Shown here piece by piece: positions 10,391 to 20,464 of a stretch of 64,000 bases of DNA (within the stretch, counting starts at the first letter, position 1; each line of letters opens with the position of its first letter). The position numbers were made by a program, and so were the translations under genes. The notes under the pieces were generated by a model. It saw only the letters and a program-made list of their open reading frames with translations. It searched no databases and was not told where the DNA came from. This DNA comes from a virus, in IMG/VR virus record IMGVR_UViG_3300013307_000003, positions 1 through 64,000 of that record; one strand, given 5' to 3'.

Positions 10391-10564
10391 ATGACTAATC
10401 GAATAGATCGCGAAATCGCTGAGATGAAACAGCGGCGCGAAGTCGTGATTGAGCAGATCGTGCAGGCGTTTCAGAGGGCGCACAAGACGGTCGCGCCGAT
10501 TATCGACAGAGAAGCAAAGGCAGAGCGCGTTCCTGCAGAAATCATGAACCTTCGGTTGGATTGA
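10391..10564 (+). CDS. Small hypothetical protein (57 aa, not in the ORF track)
   Basis: GAGGGG site then MTNRIDREIAEMKQRRE...NLRLD*. Confidence 0.5.
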   Translation: MTNRIDREIAEMKQRREVVIEQIVQAFQRAHKTVAPIIDREAKAERVPAEIMNLRLD

Positions 10565-10577
10565 AAGGACACGAGAA

Positions 10578-10841
10578 ATGCATTACAAGAATGGCCGCGA
10601 AGCGAAAATCGGGGACAAGGTTGTGCTATTCCCAACATATGGGGCACCTGTCATCGGCATACTGTACGATGCCGTCGCTGGCAACAACTACTGCAACGGT
10701 CGGCTTGCTCCGGTGTCGCCTTCTGATCCATCTCCGAACCTCCGGGAATGCCTTCATTTCGATGATGTGAAGGACGCCGTGACTGCGTCGGGTGTCGTAT
10801 TCGACAACAAGGATGAGCCTGTTGTTAAGGCTGAGCAATGA
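10578..10841 (+). CDS. Phage hypothetical protein
   Basis: AAGGA site; MHYKNGREAKIGDKVV start recalled from other phage ORFs. Confidence 0.6.
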   Translation: MHYKNGREAKIGDKVVLFPTYGAPVIGILYDAVAGNNYCNGRLAPVSPSDPSPNLRECLHFDDVKDAVTASGVVFDNKDEPVVKAEQ

Positions 10842-11141
10842 AAGCGCAACCCGTAAATATCGGCTTCGGCAAGCTGTAAGCGGTGAAAGGGATTATCGAA
10901 TGATCAGCGAGATTACGGCTCGTGCGCTTACGCTTTCGACGGGCAAGCGTCTGGAATTGACGGAGGCTGAGCACGAAGAGCTTGAGACATGGTTCTGCGA
11001 GGCGAACGCCCTGCCTCTGCGCACGGCGAACCCACCACCGATTTACCTGACACAGACGCCAAGCGTGCCGCCCGAGATGAGCGAGCCGGTAGTGAATAGC
11101 GGACTGGTGACGACGGACCCTCCTCCGGGCGGGGAGGCGGC

Positions 11142-11372
11142 ATGAGCAAGATAAATCCTATCATCTGGGCAATCATCGTCGCGATGCTAGCAGAGGTGGC
11201 TCTGACGCTGGCGAAATTGCCGGTACCTGCCATCATAGACCATGCCCTTTTCGTGTTTATTGGCGTGCTGGTGCCGTATGAGCGGTTCTTGCCCAACCAG
11301 ACCACGAGTGTAAGCAGCATAAGCACGGTTACACCGCCGCCTGCTGATCCATCCGGGCCGCCTGCGATATAA
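11142..11372 (+). CDS. Putative holin
   Basis: 76 aa with two TM segments and a polar tail, upstream of the endolysin. Confidence 0.5.
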   Translation: MSKINPIIWAIIVAMLAEVALTLAKLPVPAIIDHALFVFIGVLVPYERFLPNQTTSVSSISTVTPPPADPSGPPAI

Positions 11373-11445
11373 TAGAAGTCCGGGTACGCAACCAAGTGGT
11401 ACCGGGACGCGGCCCACTCTAAAAACCGTCCCACCGATTTACCGA

Positions 11446-11624
11446 TTTGATCCTGCGGCGGCGTGGAGGGACAACGAAGGTTGGCTCCCTTAATCGACAC
11501 GCTCAAGTAAAGCCTGGTGTTCCCTACCGTTGGTGATTAGACTATAAGCCGACGGGGTTTGCAGTCGTTCCGCAAGATCGATGAACACAAGCCGGAGTAG
11601 CGACCGGCCCGCAGATCAAAACCA
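11446..11624 (+). ncRNA. tRNA-shaped structured RNA candidate
   Basis: Terminal stem TTTGATC(C)TGCGG/CCGCAGATCAAA followed by ACCA; T-like arm GCCGG-AGTAGCGA-CCGGC; D-like arm GCGTG/CACGC; long central arm GTGTTC/GAACAC. Confidence 0.65.
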
Positions 11625-11651
11625 CAGTGGGTCTGGTAATTCACCGGGTCG

Positions 11652-11691
11652 GCGCGCCGCTTCTGAACAAGGACCGGCGCGCTTTTAGTTT
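11652..11691 (+). terminator. Probable intrinsic terminator
   Basis: GCGCGCCG...CGGCGCGC stem followed by TTTTAGTTT. Confidence 0.55.
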
Positions 11692-11764
11692 GTCACCGGA
11701 GAACCGCATGAAACCGCGATTTACCTTCCTGTAGTGCTGTCTTAGCACTTACAGGAGGAGACGA

Positions 11765-12199
11765 GTGAGAACAAGAGACTGGCGGCGGGCGCAGCGTGAG
11801 AAGCGCACGAAGGCCGCCTACAACCGCGCCGTGGATGATTTCAACGACGACCAGGTTGCGCGCAGCATGTTCCCTCGCTATCGCGGGGCGCGCTGGCAGG
11901 ACACGCTTCGTTCGTTCATGAGGAACGAGGGGCGCAATTGGAATTGCGATCGCTTGCGTTGGCGCGAATGCGGGAAGTGTTCACACATTATCGGCCATTG
12001 CGAATGCCACGGATGGAACACGCGCCGCCGAAATGAGGCGATGGCTTACGATCTGCGCGGCACGCCGTGGGAGCACGATCCGCCGCTGAACGAGGAACCG
12101 CCGTTCGGCTATCACGAGGCCGAAACCGAATACGTACCCGACGTTCCGCTACTCAAACGGGTGGCGGATTTTTCTTTGTCTGGAGTTTTATCGCCATGA
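11765..12199 (+). CDS. Hypothetical basic protein
   Basis: AGGAGGAG ribosome-binding site, 144 aa. Confidence 0.6.
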   Translation: MRTRDWRRAQREKRTKAAYNRAVDDFNDDQVARSMFPRYRGARWQDTLRSFMRNEGRNWNCDRLRWRECGKCSHIIGHCECHGWNTRRRNEAMAYDLRGTPWEHDPPLNEEPPFGYHEAETEYVPDVPLLKRVADFSLSGVLSP

Positions 12200-12398
12200 G
12201 CATCGACACCACAACCCGCCAAGATCAATGGCGCGGCGAGAAGCGTGTCATCCTCCGACTGCGTTCTCCTTTCACGCCTATCGGCTTCATCTCGATCCCG
12301 TACAACGTCGCTGATGAGATGCGCAAGCGCGAGAACATCCTGCACAATCGGGGGCCGGTGAGAGTGGATACGACGGGCAAGGATTGGAGTGCGATAAG

Positions 12399-13001
12399 AT
12401 GAGCACATCACACGGCCTTGATACAACTCAAGATTGCACGCCTCATATTCCAGCGATCAAGGCGGCAGGCATCTCCTTCGTGTGCAGGTACGCCTCCCAC
12501 AGTGCGTGGAAGAACATGACACCGGAGGAAGTGCGGGCACTTTCGAAGGCGGGTATCTACATCTGCACCGTGTGGGAGATAGGCGACCAGGAAAGCTACT
12601 TCACGCGGGCGCAGGGACTAATGGACGGAGCAGGTTCATTCGCTTTTTGCCAACATCTAGGACAGCCGTTCAACTCACCGATTTACTACGCGGTCGATCT
12701 CGACATCAACCCGACCAAAGTAGTCCAGTATTTTCAGGCAGTCCGAGAGAGCCTTCAGCGGCACGGTCAAATCGGTAAGACGACGTACGAGGTCGGTGTG
12801 TACGGACCCGGCGCAGTCTGCAAGTTCCTGCACGATGCAGGGTTAGTTTCGTTCACATGGATAGACCAATCACCGGGACACAGCGGGGCCGACTATGCCG
12901 ATTGGAACCTCAAGCAACTCCCGTCGGCCACAATCGCGGGCATGAATGCGGACGGTGATGTCAGCCGTGGCAACGGCGGCGGATGGATGGTGAAGGCATG
13001 A
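12399..13001 (+). CDS. Putative endolysin, DUF1906 / Rv2525c-like glycoside hydrolase
   Basis: GLDTT..FVCRY..KNMT..E..VWE..IYYAVD..VGVYG..W motif series. Confidence 0.8.
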   Translation: MSTSHGLDTTQDCTPHIPAIKAAGISFVCRYASHSAWKNMTPEEVRALSKAGIYICTVWEIGDQESYFTRAQGLMDGAGSFAFCQHLGQPFNSPIYYAVDLDINPTKVVQYFQAVRESLQRHGQIGKTTYEVGVYGPGAVCKFLHDAGLVSFTWIDQSPGHSGADYADWNLKQLPSATIAGMNADGDVSRGNGGGWMVKA

Positions 13002-13161
13002 GCACTGACAACACCTCCAACTACCGCAAACGCCGCCCGGCCCCCGAACCCCCAGCCCGCCGTGCCGCTCGGAAGCGCATTCTGGCGGCGTATGCCGAGC
13101 GGAGGAGGAGGATGGAGGAGGCGGTGGTGCGGTGCGTGGTGAGGGGGCAAAGGCAAAACGC

Positions 13162-14565
13162 GTGAACATTATAGCTCTCACAGCAAGCCAGACGGCCATT
13201 GACAACCCCGCCGCTATCAACACATGGCTTGACCAGGTCGGCAAGGAGGGACATACCGTCACTCCTCTGACGCTCCCCGCCGATGCTAGCGTTCAGTCCG
13301 TCTGGGACATTATCCAGAGCCACAAACCTAACCATACGCAGTTGTTCGGACGCGTGCCTCTGCCGCTCGTTAGAAGCGTTATTGACGGCCACCTCAATCC
13401 GGATGGAACCATGCGTGCCGGGGAGTGCGTTGCGCCTTACTGCAACGACAGCCTGGACTCGTGGTGGCCGCAAGCCGATGGAACGTTCCTTCAGTCGGGA
13501 GGCTTCGCGAGTTCCCCGGCGGTGCGCACCTGCTCGTTAATTGATGGCTCGAACCTCGTTCAGATTGGCACTGAGCAGGCGATGTTCGACCGCATGATGG
13601 CATTCAATCAAGCGTATCGAACGGGCGCGTTTGACTACGGAACAGATGGATGCTTTGTGGACTATCTCGACCAGATACAGCCGATACGTGCTCAAATCAT
13701 TAGCGACCTTCAGTCCGTTGTTGGAGGAGAGGTTCACGTCACGGATTTGACTACCTCAGTTGACGCCGATAGATGGCATTTCTTCACGGTCAACAAGGGT
13801 AAAAGGTTTCTAGTCGGCGGTTTCTTCGACGGCGGAATTGGTCGTGACGGCGGTGTTGGAGAATACAACACCGGGAGCATGGCCGACTTCGCGAGCGGTA
13901 ACGTGATGATCGCAGTCGCCTTGATGTTTTGCAGCAACGGTTGGATGATGAGGTACTGGCCTCTCCAGAGAGCGTTGCTGGCAGGCGGCTCTGTGGCAGT
14001 GCTCTACGACCCGTGGGCGCAATTTAGCCTTGCGGGTTGGGATGAGACGACGCCTCTTGCAACGGTGTTCCTGCGCGAGATGCGGGCCAACTACGAGATG
14101 ATATTTTCAGGCGTCGGCGACTATACGATTACGAGGAGGGCGGGAGACGTGGCGATTGACCCGAGAGTTGATGGTTTGTTGACCCGCGTCGCCGCTCTGG
14201 AAACCCAGGCGAAGGCTGACGCTATCGCGATTGCGGCACTTACGCCAGGCGGCGGCGGCGACACGACCGACACCGGAACAGCCATCACGATCCTGAGTGC
14301 CAAGTACCGCCAGGTCGCTAGCACGACAACGTTCAAAGACGCCACGGCCGTCGTGCAGGCGCTTGTGGCGTCCGGCAAGCCGTTCTTCGTGTACTCGGAT
14401 GCGAGCGTCAACGGCAACGGCCCGTGCCTGAGCGATCCGAGTTGGGGCGTCAATCCGAAAGACCCGTATCCGGGCGTGCTGAAGGAACTCGTCGTCACTT
14501 ATTCGAAGGGGACGGGTGCGGCGCAGACGGTTGTGTTCGGGCAGTTTGCGGCGGTGGTGTTCTAG
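13162..14565 (+). CDS. Multidomain protein: possible C25/gingipain-like fold, coiled coil, C-terminal lectin-like domain
   Basis: QLFGRVPLP..DGH segment; C-terminal ITILSAKY..DATAVVQ..DP.PGVLKELVVTY resembles DUF3395/SUEL-like modules. Confidence 0.4.
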   Translation: MNIIALTASQTAIDNPAAINTWLDQVGKEGHTVTPLTLPADASVQSVWDIIQSHKPNHTQLFGRVPLPLVRSVIDGHLNPDGTMRAGECVAPYCNDSLDSWWPQADGTFLQSGGFASSPAVRTCSLIDGSNLVQIGTEQAMFDRMMAFNQAYRTGAFDYGTDGCFVDYLDQIQPIRAQIISDLQSVVGGEVHVTDLTTSVDADRWHFFTVNKGKRFLVGGFFDGGIGRDGGVGEYNTGSMADFASGNVMIAVALMFCSNGWMMRYWPLQRALLAGGSVAVLYDPWAQFSLAGWDETTPLATVFLREMRANYEMIFSGVGDYTITRRAGDVAIDPRVDGLLTRVAALETQAKADAIAIAALTPGGGGDTTDTGTAITILSAKYRQVASTTTFKDATAVVQALVASGKPFFVYSDASVNGNGPCLSDPSWGVNPKDPYPGVLKELVVTYSKGTGAAQTVVFGQFAAVVF

Positions 14566-15044
14566 GACGCACTTATCCTCAATTGGGCAACGCCCGGCAG
14601 AAGCGGTGGCATCTTGCCGTTCTGATACATTTCACGCAGTTGCGGCTCCGCCCATTCGTGGACGGTCATGCCATTCTCCATCACAGTATCGGCCAGGAAC
14701 TCGCGCTCGATCGTACTGACACCGCACTCAATCGCTTCAAGTTTGGCTTTGAGGATCAAAACGAGCGCGCGCCATCGTTGCCTGCAAGCCTGCTCGTAGA
14801 ATTCATTCTGTGAGTTCTGGACGCGCAGTTTGCCGGTTTCGGTGTGCGTAATCTGCTTATCCTTGCGATCTGGCAGCGGAAGAACCATTCTGATGAAGCG
14901 CGACTGCACCCTGAACCCTATCACGGCATTTTCAGCGTTCCACCCGTGCATAAACTGGTCGGCTCCGTAGCGTTGCAGAATGCGCTCTATCTCAGTCTTA
15001 CTGGTCGCGACCGTCACCCGCGTGTCGCTTGCGTATTTTGACAT
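14562..15044 (-). CDS. Conserved phage hypothetical protein
   Basis: YASDTRV..SKTEIERIL.RYGA...WRALVLILKAKLEA family recalled from phages. Confidence 0.65.
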   Translation of the reverse strand: MSKYASDTRVTVATSKTEIERILQRYGADQFMHGWNAENAVIGFRVQSRFIRMVLPLPDRKDKQITHTETGKLRVQNSQNEFYEQACRQRWRALVLILKAKLEAIECGVSTIEREFLADTVMENGMTVHEWAEPQLREMYQNGKMPPLLPGVAQLRISAS

Positions 15045-15247
15045 GTTACTTGTTCTCCCCCACACATTCCTGACATCCCCTGCGCCTGTGCCGTATACAC
15101 TCGCCGACGTTTGGGAGCACCCTGATCTCTGAACCGAAAAGTGGAACGAATGACCTCGGCTTCCTCCGCTCCCGCTCTAGCCCCATGCACAATTTGCAAT
15201 CTGTGGACCACGGTTCAGCGTGCCGGAGTTTGCAAAGACTACATAAT

Positions 15248-15883
15248 CTAATTGTTTTGGCCATGTTTTTTTCGCGCATCCTGTGCCTGCTGCCGAATCG
15301 TAGTGCATTTCCTGCACACGCGTCCAGTAGTGTTTTTTAGCTGACGGATGTAAGTGTTTTCGGGAGAGAACTCGTGACCACGGATGCAATGTGTTTTGAG
15401 ACGATTGTTGTAAGAAGGTGTGCCCGGAGTCACAAATGTATGCTCGGAGTGCGTTAAGTCCTCAAGATGGTCAGGATTGACACAAAGCTTGTTATGGCAA
15501 ATGTGGTGTAAGACTTCCTTTGTCACCACGCGGCCAAAAACAACCGTATAGCTGTATTTGTGAGTGCGCAAGTTTTTTCCGTTGTGATGTATCACGCCGT
15601 ACCCAGAGCCGTCGCTCTTGCCGGGCCAAATCCAGCACCCGTCTTCTTGCACTTTCAGTACTGATAAGAACTTTTGCGGGGACCACTTTCGCACGTGCCA
15701 TCGAATTTTTCTTATCCGTAAACGATTCGCCCGTGTTTCAACGGACGAACTGCTGCGGTTGAGCGCTTCCGCGATTTGTGAGATCGGCACCGATGGGTAA
15801 AACTCACGCAGGTAATCGTCTTCTTCTGTAGACCAAGGGGTATAATTCGCGGCAGCACCGCTTAAACGGGGTAAACTAGTCAT
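15248..15883 (-). CDS. HNH homing endonuclease with N-terminal HTH/Myb-like and C-terminal Cys/His domains
   Basis: CWIW..HKYSY..HHICHNKLCVNPDHL; KTHCIRGHEF..ENTY..CRKC. Confidence 0.9.
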   Translation of the reverse strand: MTSLPRLSGAAANYTPWSTEEDDYLREFYPSVPISQIAEALNRSSSSVETRANRLRIRKIRWHVRKWSPQKFLSVLKVQEDGCWIWPGKSDGSGYGVIHHNGKNLRTHKYSYTVVFGRVVTKEVLHHICHNKLCVNPDHLEDLTHSEHTFVTPGTPSYNNRLKTHCIRGHEFSPENTYIRQLKNTTGRVCRKCTTIRQQAQDARKKHGQNN

Positions 15884-15997
15884 GATGATCTCCTTCTAAT
15901 CCAAGGCGATTGTCCACGCAGAGGGTGTGCCAACACGCCTCTGCATACCCATTTATTTTACCCCAAATTGCTCGTTATTTGTATACCTTTTAAGATC
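15870..15997 (-). repeat. Leader repeat copy 2 upstream of HNH gene
   Basis: Highly similar to 7318-7446. Confidence 0.92.
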
Positions 15998-16394
15998 AAA
16001 CCCTGCCTCCTTGTGGCGTATCTTTATATGCTTTGTACGCTCGCTCGAATGCTACCTGCGGGTCTTTGTCTCTTGCCTCCACGAAGTCGTTAGCAAGTTG
16101 GTCATTGTGGATGCGACATACCACGACACCATCCCACGGAAGGAAATCGCTTTCGAATGTAACCTCTACACATTCCGCTTGAAGACGACGCCAAGCGGCC
16201 AGCATCTTGTCAGCCGTCATGGGCGGATCGTGCGTCGGCCATTCCGGTAAATACTCTATCGTGATCTTCTGCGGCTTGATGCCACGATCAATCAATCTCC
16301 TTCTCTCTAATGCAGCCTCTTCCTCGCTCGAAAGAAACTTGGTCATGTCACCGTGCTTTACGGCCCAACAGGGTTGATTATTCAATTCCAACAT
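15996..16394 (-). CDS. Hypothetical protein
   Basis: AAGGAAGGA site; leftward early operon. Confidence 0.55.
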   Translation of the reverse strand: MLELNNQPCWAVKHGDMTKFLSSEEEAALERRRLIDRGIKPQKITIEYLPEWPTHDPPMTADKMLAAWRRLQAECVEVTFESDFLPWDGVVVCRIHNDQLANDFVEARDKDPQVAFERAYKAYKDTPQGGRV

Positions 16395-17863
16395 CCTTCC
16401 TTGAATGGCAGAGGCGGCGCGGGCCGGTCATCGATCCGCCTCCTCGTCTTCAAAGTCTCGAGGGTCAAGGAATACAGGCGGTCTACGCACCACAGGAGCG
16501 CGCACAAACTCTACGAGGTATTCGCCCGACCCGTCCTTGTCGCATCGATGCGGAGTGATTACGTGTTGTTTGCATTGGGGACACAACAATACTGCGTGGA
16601 TGCCAGGGCGACTGGTCGTGCTTAGCACCTCGGCTTTCATGGCCGCACGGATCGCATCGCGTACTGTCCTGCCGAAATGCCTCGCATCGTCGCCCTCGCC
16701 ATCCCATCCGGTTTCTGTAACTACCATTACCTCGTTTCCGTGCCGTCCTTGAAAGCACGCGATTTCGGTTCCGTGGCACGATCGCTTCTCAAGCCAGTCG
16801 AGCATAGCCTTGTCATCAACCTCAAACGTCGGGACGCCTGCCTGCTTCTTTGCCCAATCCGGCAATTGATCGGCGCGTTCGCTGGCAATGTCGAGTTGCT
16901 TCTGGAACCATGTTGGATCGGTGCTCACGGTTTCACCTCGCTCTCCTTCGGCAGCGGCGGGAGGTCGCGCCACTCAGAAGGAGCGGGAATTGGTGTTCCG
17001 TTAGATGCTAACCAGCATTCATCAACGTACGACCCCAGAGTTTTTATTTCTACATCACGCCAGTTATCCGGCGGCTCACTTCCCGGCTTCCATCCGCCAG
17101 TCGCGGTTTCATACCACTCCCCTTGCGTATGCCCGTCTCTGCCGTCCGACTTCACGTACCCCAGTTCAGCGAGTTTTGCCGCTGCGTTGCCGTACTCTTC
17201 CTCAGCAAAGTATAGAACGACTGGCCCCCATTCCTCGCACGCCTTCCTGCTGCGCTCAAGATATTCCTCGCGGGTCTGCCCCTTTCGCGTGCCGTAGAGC
17301 AATTCAATTACGCCCTTGATTGTCGGTTTGCCGGTCGCGACTTCTTGCTCGGCTTCGGCGATTAGGAGGGCGAGTTCGCAGTCGGGCTTATGCTTGTGTG
17401 TGCCAGAGCATTCGTTGCCCTTTTGACATTCCATGCATCCGTAATAATCTCGGTTTTGGCTATCGGTATAGTGCCAATGCGTGGCGGCTGTCTTCAGCAC
17501 CGGCAGCACTTTCTTAGCGTCCATCGCTCGCCTCCCCGATTTCAATAACGGCCGCCTGTATCTTGTTGACGGCGGCGAGTTCATCGGCAGACATTCGTTT
17601 TGTCAGGCTGTCCATTTCGGCCCGGCACGCCTCTGCCATTGCACTGTCGGGCGCTAATGCAAACAACTCTCCTTGCAAGTCGGCGAACCATGTGAGCCAT
17701 CGAACAAAATAGCCGCTAACATTTTCCATCCGCCTCTCCTTTTCTGAAATCGCCCCGCAATTCCCACAAATCCGCACACGCCTTCCATCCACCGTCCGCA
17801 GCTCGTCGGTCCTGCATCCTAGGTTGGCGCAGATTGAGGTGTCGCGGGGTGGGGTGCGGGGTT

Positions 17864-18253
17864 TCACTTCGCTTCCGGCGCTTCCGCGTGCATCGCAAAT
17901 CCGCCTGGAAGGTACACAGTGCCGCCCTCGCTCGACACCAGATCAACAAATTGCGCCAACGTGCAACCGGCAAAAATCGGCGTTTTCTTCTCGCTTGAGT
18001 ACCGAGACTGCCTAAGCCACGCAATCTCGCCTCGGTTGATTGCCTCTACGCTCCACGGGCTGTTACAGTGGTCGGTACACGGTTCGTCGTATTCGGCGTC
18101 GAATGCTATCTTGAAAGCGTCGTACGGCGTTCCTGCGTTATGTTCATATGGCCGGTCATTCCAATCGTCAGCCCACATCTCTGTGGGTGGCTTGTGAGAA
18201 AAGTACGCCCACGGTGCGCGGGCGTAGCATAGTTGTAAGTCGCGGTATTTCAT
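17864..18253 (-). CDS. Conserved phage hypothetical protein
   Basis: W.DDWND.PYEHNAG.PY motif; ATGA coupling to the upstream gene. Confidence 0.6.
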   Translation of the reverse strand: MKYRDLQLCYARAPWAYFSHKPPTEMWADDWNDRPYEHNAGTPYDAFKIAFDAEYDEPCTDHCNSPWSVEAINRGEIAWLRQSRYSSEKKTPIFAGCTLAQFVDLVSSEGGTVYLPGGFAMHAEAPEAK

Positions 18254-18630
18254 GTCATCACCTCCCCAACCACGTCGAACGCTTCCTCAATTGACCTCAC
18301 AATCACACTTTTTCCCGCGTCCGCAAGCACCTTCTGCCCCGGCCTGACAGTCCCTTTCGGCGTCTTCACTTCAATGCCGATGTAGCCGAGACGAATTGGG
18401 CACCACACAAAAATGTCCGGTGTGTCCACGTCGTTTCCGCCACGATCGGCGCGCCATTGGCCGACCCGAAAAACAGTGCGACCGCGGAGTGTCAAGCCGT
18501 CGTAGATTCCCTTCACGATGTCGGCCTCTCGGATCGTGCGCGAATATGCGGTTTTAGCCGAGCCAGAGCCATTCTCGTGGCGTTTGCGCCGCGAAGCGGG
18601 TATTTGTACCCCTGCACGTTTTTCTGTCAC
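18250..18630 (-). CDS. VRR-NUC / PD-(D/E)xK nuclease (resolvase-like)
   Basis: E.DI...PDIFV...IEVKTPKG.V...Q...VRSIEEA. Confidence 0.8.
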   Translation of the reverse strand: MTEKRAGVQIPASRRKRHENGSGSAKTAYSRTIREADIVKGIYDGLTLRGRTVFRVGQWRADRGGNDVDTPDIFVWCPIRLGYIGIEVKTPKGTVRPGQKVLADAGKSVIVRSIEEAFDVVGEVMT

Positions 18631-20188
18631 AAATTGCCTCCTGCGCCATCGCGCCGGACGACGAAATATTCGCCGCTCAGAAACTTGCATGCTATATCGT
18701 AGAGATCGGGGTCCTGCTCCATCACGTGAAAGCATTTTCGGACAAACGGATTAGCGTCGGTCGCAGTCACTTCTCGGACGCGCTGAAACTCACTCCCGCC
18801 TTTGCCCTTCCACAGCGAATAAGTCTGTTCAGTCCTCATCTGCTTCCTCCTCCTGTCCCACGTTCGCCGCAATCAACGCTATCGTCGGCGTCTCGCGCCT
18901 CCACGTCCCAGCCCCGCACTCGGGGTTGTTGACCCACCAATTACCGTCCGCGTGGTGTTCAAGCGTCGCACCAACCGGCATCGCGATTATCAACCTGGCG
19001 AGTTCAGCGAGTGCTTCTGTCTCGTCGCGTTGCCTGATAATCTCATCTGTGGACGCCAACACGTAGCCGCCCCATTCGGATTTCGGCGTCGGCTCGTCCT
19101 TATGCAGATAGCATTTCCCGGCATTGTGCGGCCCGCTGAAGCGCACGCCGCAGATGCAGCAGGTCTTGCACATGTAGTCGCCGTCGGGCCAGTCGTGTTC
19201 CGTGCTCATAGCGCTTGCTCCAATCCTAAGACCTGCATCGCTTTATCCGCTTCCTCGTTAGCGTCTTCGTAGTCGCCGTACCGAAGGCTTGTTAAGGCAA
19301 ACGCCAGTTCTCTGTGTGCATAGCGCAAGGTCATGGCGTTTGCAGCCAGCTTTTTGATGTCGCAGGGGTTACTTGGGTACAAGTCCACGCATTTGTTCAG
19401 GCATCGAATGATCTTGGCAGCGACAAACCTGTCATTGTTATTCACGCCGTCCCACTCCTCACTCCCATCCCACTGCCGCCACCATCACGCACCCAGCGCG
19501 ATCGGTATTCGCGGTCCTCGGCTTCGGCCATGCAAACGCCGCAGACGGGCTTATCTCCAGGCTCCGCCCAATCAGCCGCGTCTGCACCGCACAGGCTCAT
19601 TTGCTTCTATCCTTGTGCAAAATCCCGAACTTACACGCCCCCCCAATCCCACACGTCGGGCAACTCTTTGGATACGGCTGGTCGTGGTTCCACAGCCACG
19701 CGCGGCAGGTTTTTGGCGGCTCCTGCGCCTCTTCAAGTTCCGGCTTCTGATCGCGCTGCCAGCACTGAAACGCCTCCCACGCCTGAGCGCTTACGATCCG
19801 CTCGTCGGGGCTGAGGTGGAGCGGTTCGGCGCGGCCGGCGTTGTAGGCGTCCACTAGCGCGTCTGCTACGTCAATCACGCTCAGGGAGCCGTCTTTGCGG
19901 ATCGTGTCGGCGGCTTTGATAACTGCGTCTCGATATTCCATCACGCCGCCTCCGCTTCCATCGCCGATTTGCAAGCCCGGTACACATCATCGCAATCCGG
20001 CATCCTATAACGCGCCTCATCGTCAGACGCGTACACGAGGAAGCGGATCATTCCCCGGCAACTATCCTCCGTGCCGACCTCGCAAATCATCGCCGCTCGT
20101 TCTGCTCGCGCAACTACCTTGGCGTTACATGAGCGGCACCTGCTTTGCTGATCCACTACCATTCTAAGCAGTTTTCGATAGGTGTCCA

Positions 20189-20464
20189 TTACGCCTCCTC
20201 CCTGCCGTCCAGACACCCGCACGAAATCAACTGTCCTTTGCAACGTGGACACTGCTCCATGTCGCAACCCGGATGATGAAAGCCGCCGGCCTTCACGCGG
20301 CAATCGTGGCAGCAGTTGTTGTGGTCGTGGACGCCGTGTTCGCCCCAGTCGTCTCCGTACTTGATTTGCGGCAGTCGTGTGCCGTCCGGGAACTCTATCG
20401 GTTCCTCGTTACAAGTATCCGTCTTCAGCATGTCGCGGTCACAATCGGTACAAATAGACATCAC
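20189..20464 (-). CDS. Small Cys/His-rich zinc-binding protein
   Basis: CHDC..GGFHHPGCD.E.CPRC.GQLISCGC. Confidence 0.6.
   Translation of the reverse strand: MMSICTDCDRDMLKTDTCNEEPIEFPDGTRLPQIKYGDDWGEHGVHDHNNCCHDCRVKAGGFHHPGCDMEQCPRCKGQLISCGCLDGREEA

Noticed and set aside
11446-11624. Canonical tRNA, tmRNA or YrlA Y RNA
   Set aside because: No 7-nt anticodon loop or TTCRA loop; too short and wrong termini for tmRNA; arm order differs from YrlA and no Ro60 gene is in the window
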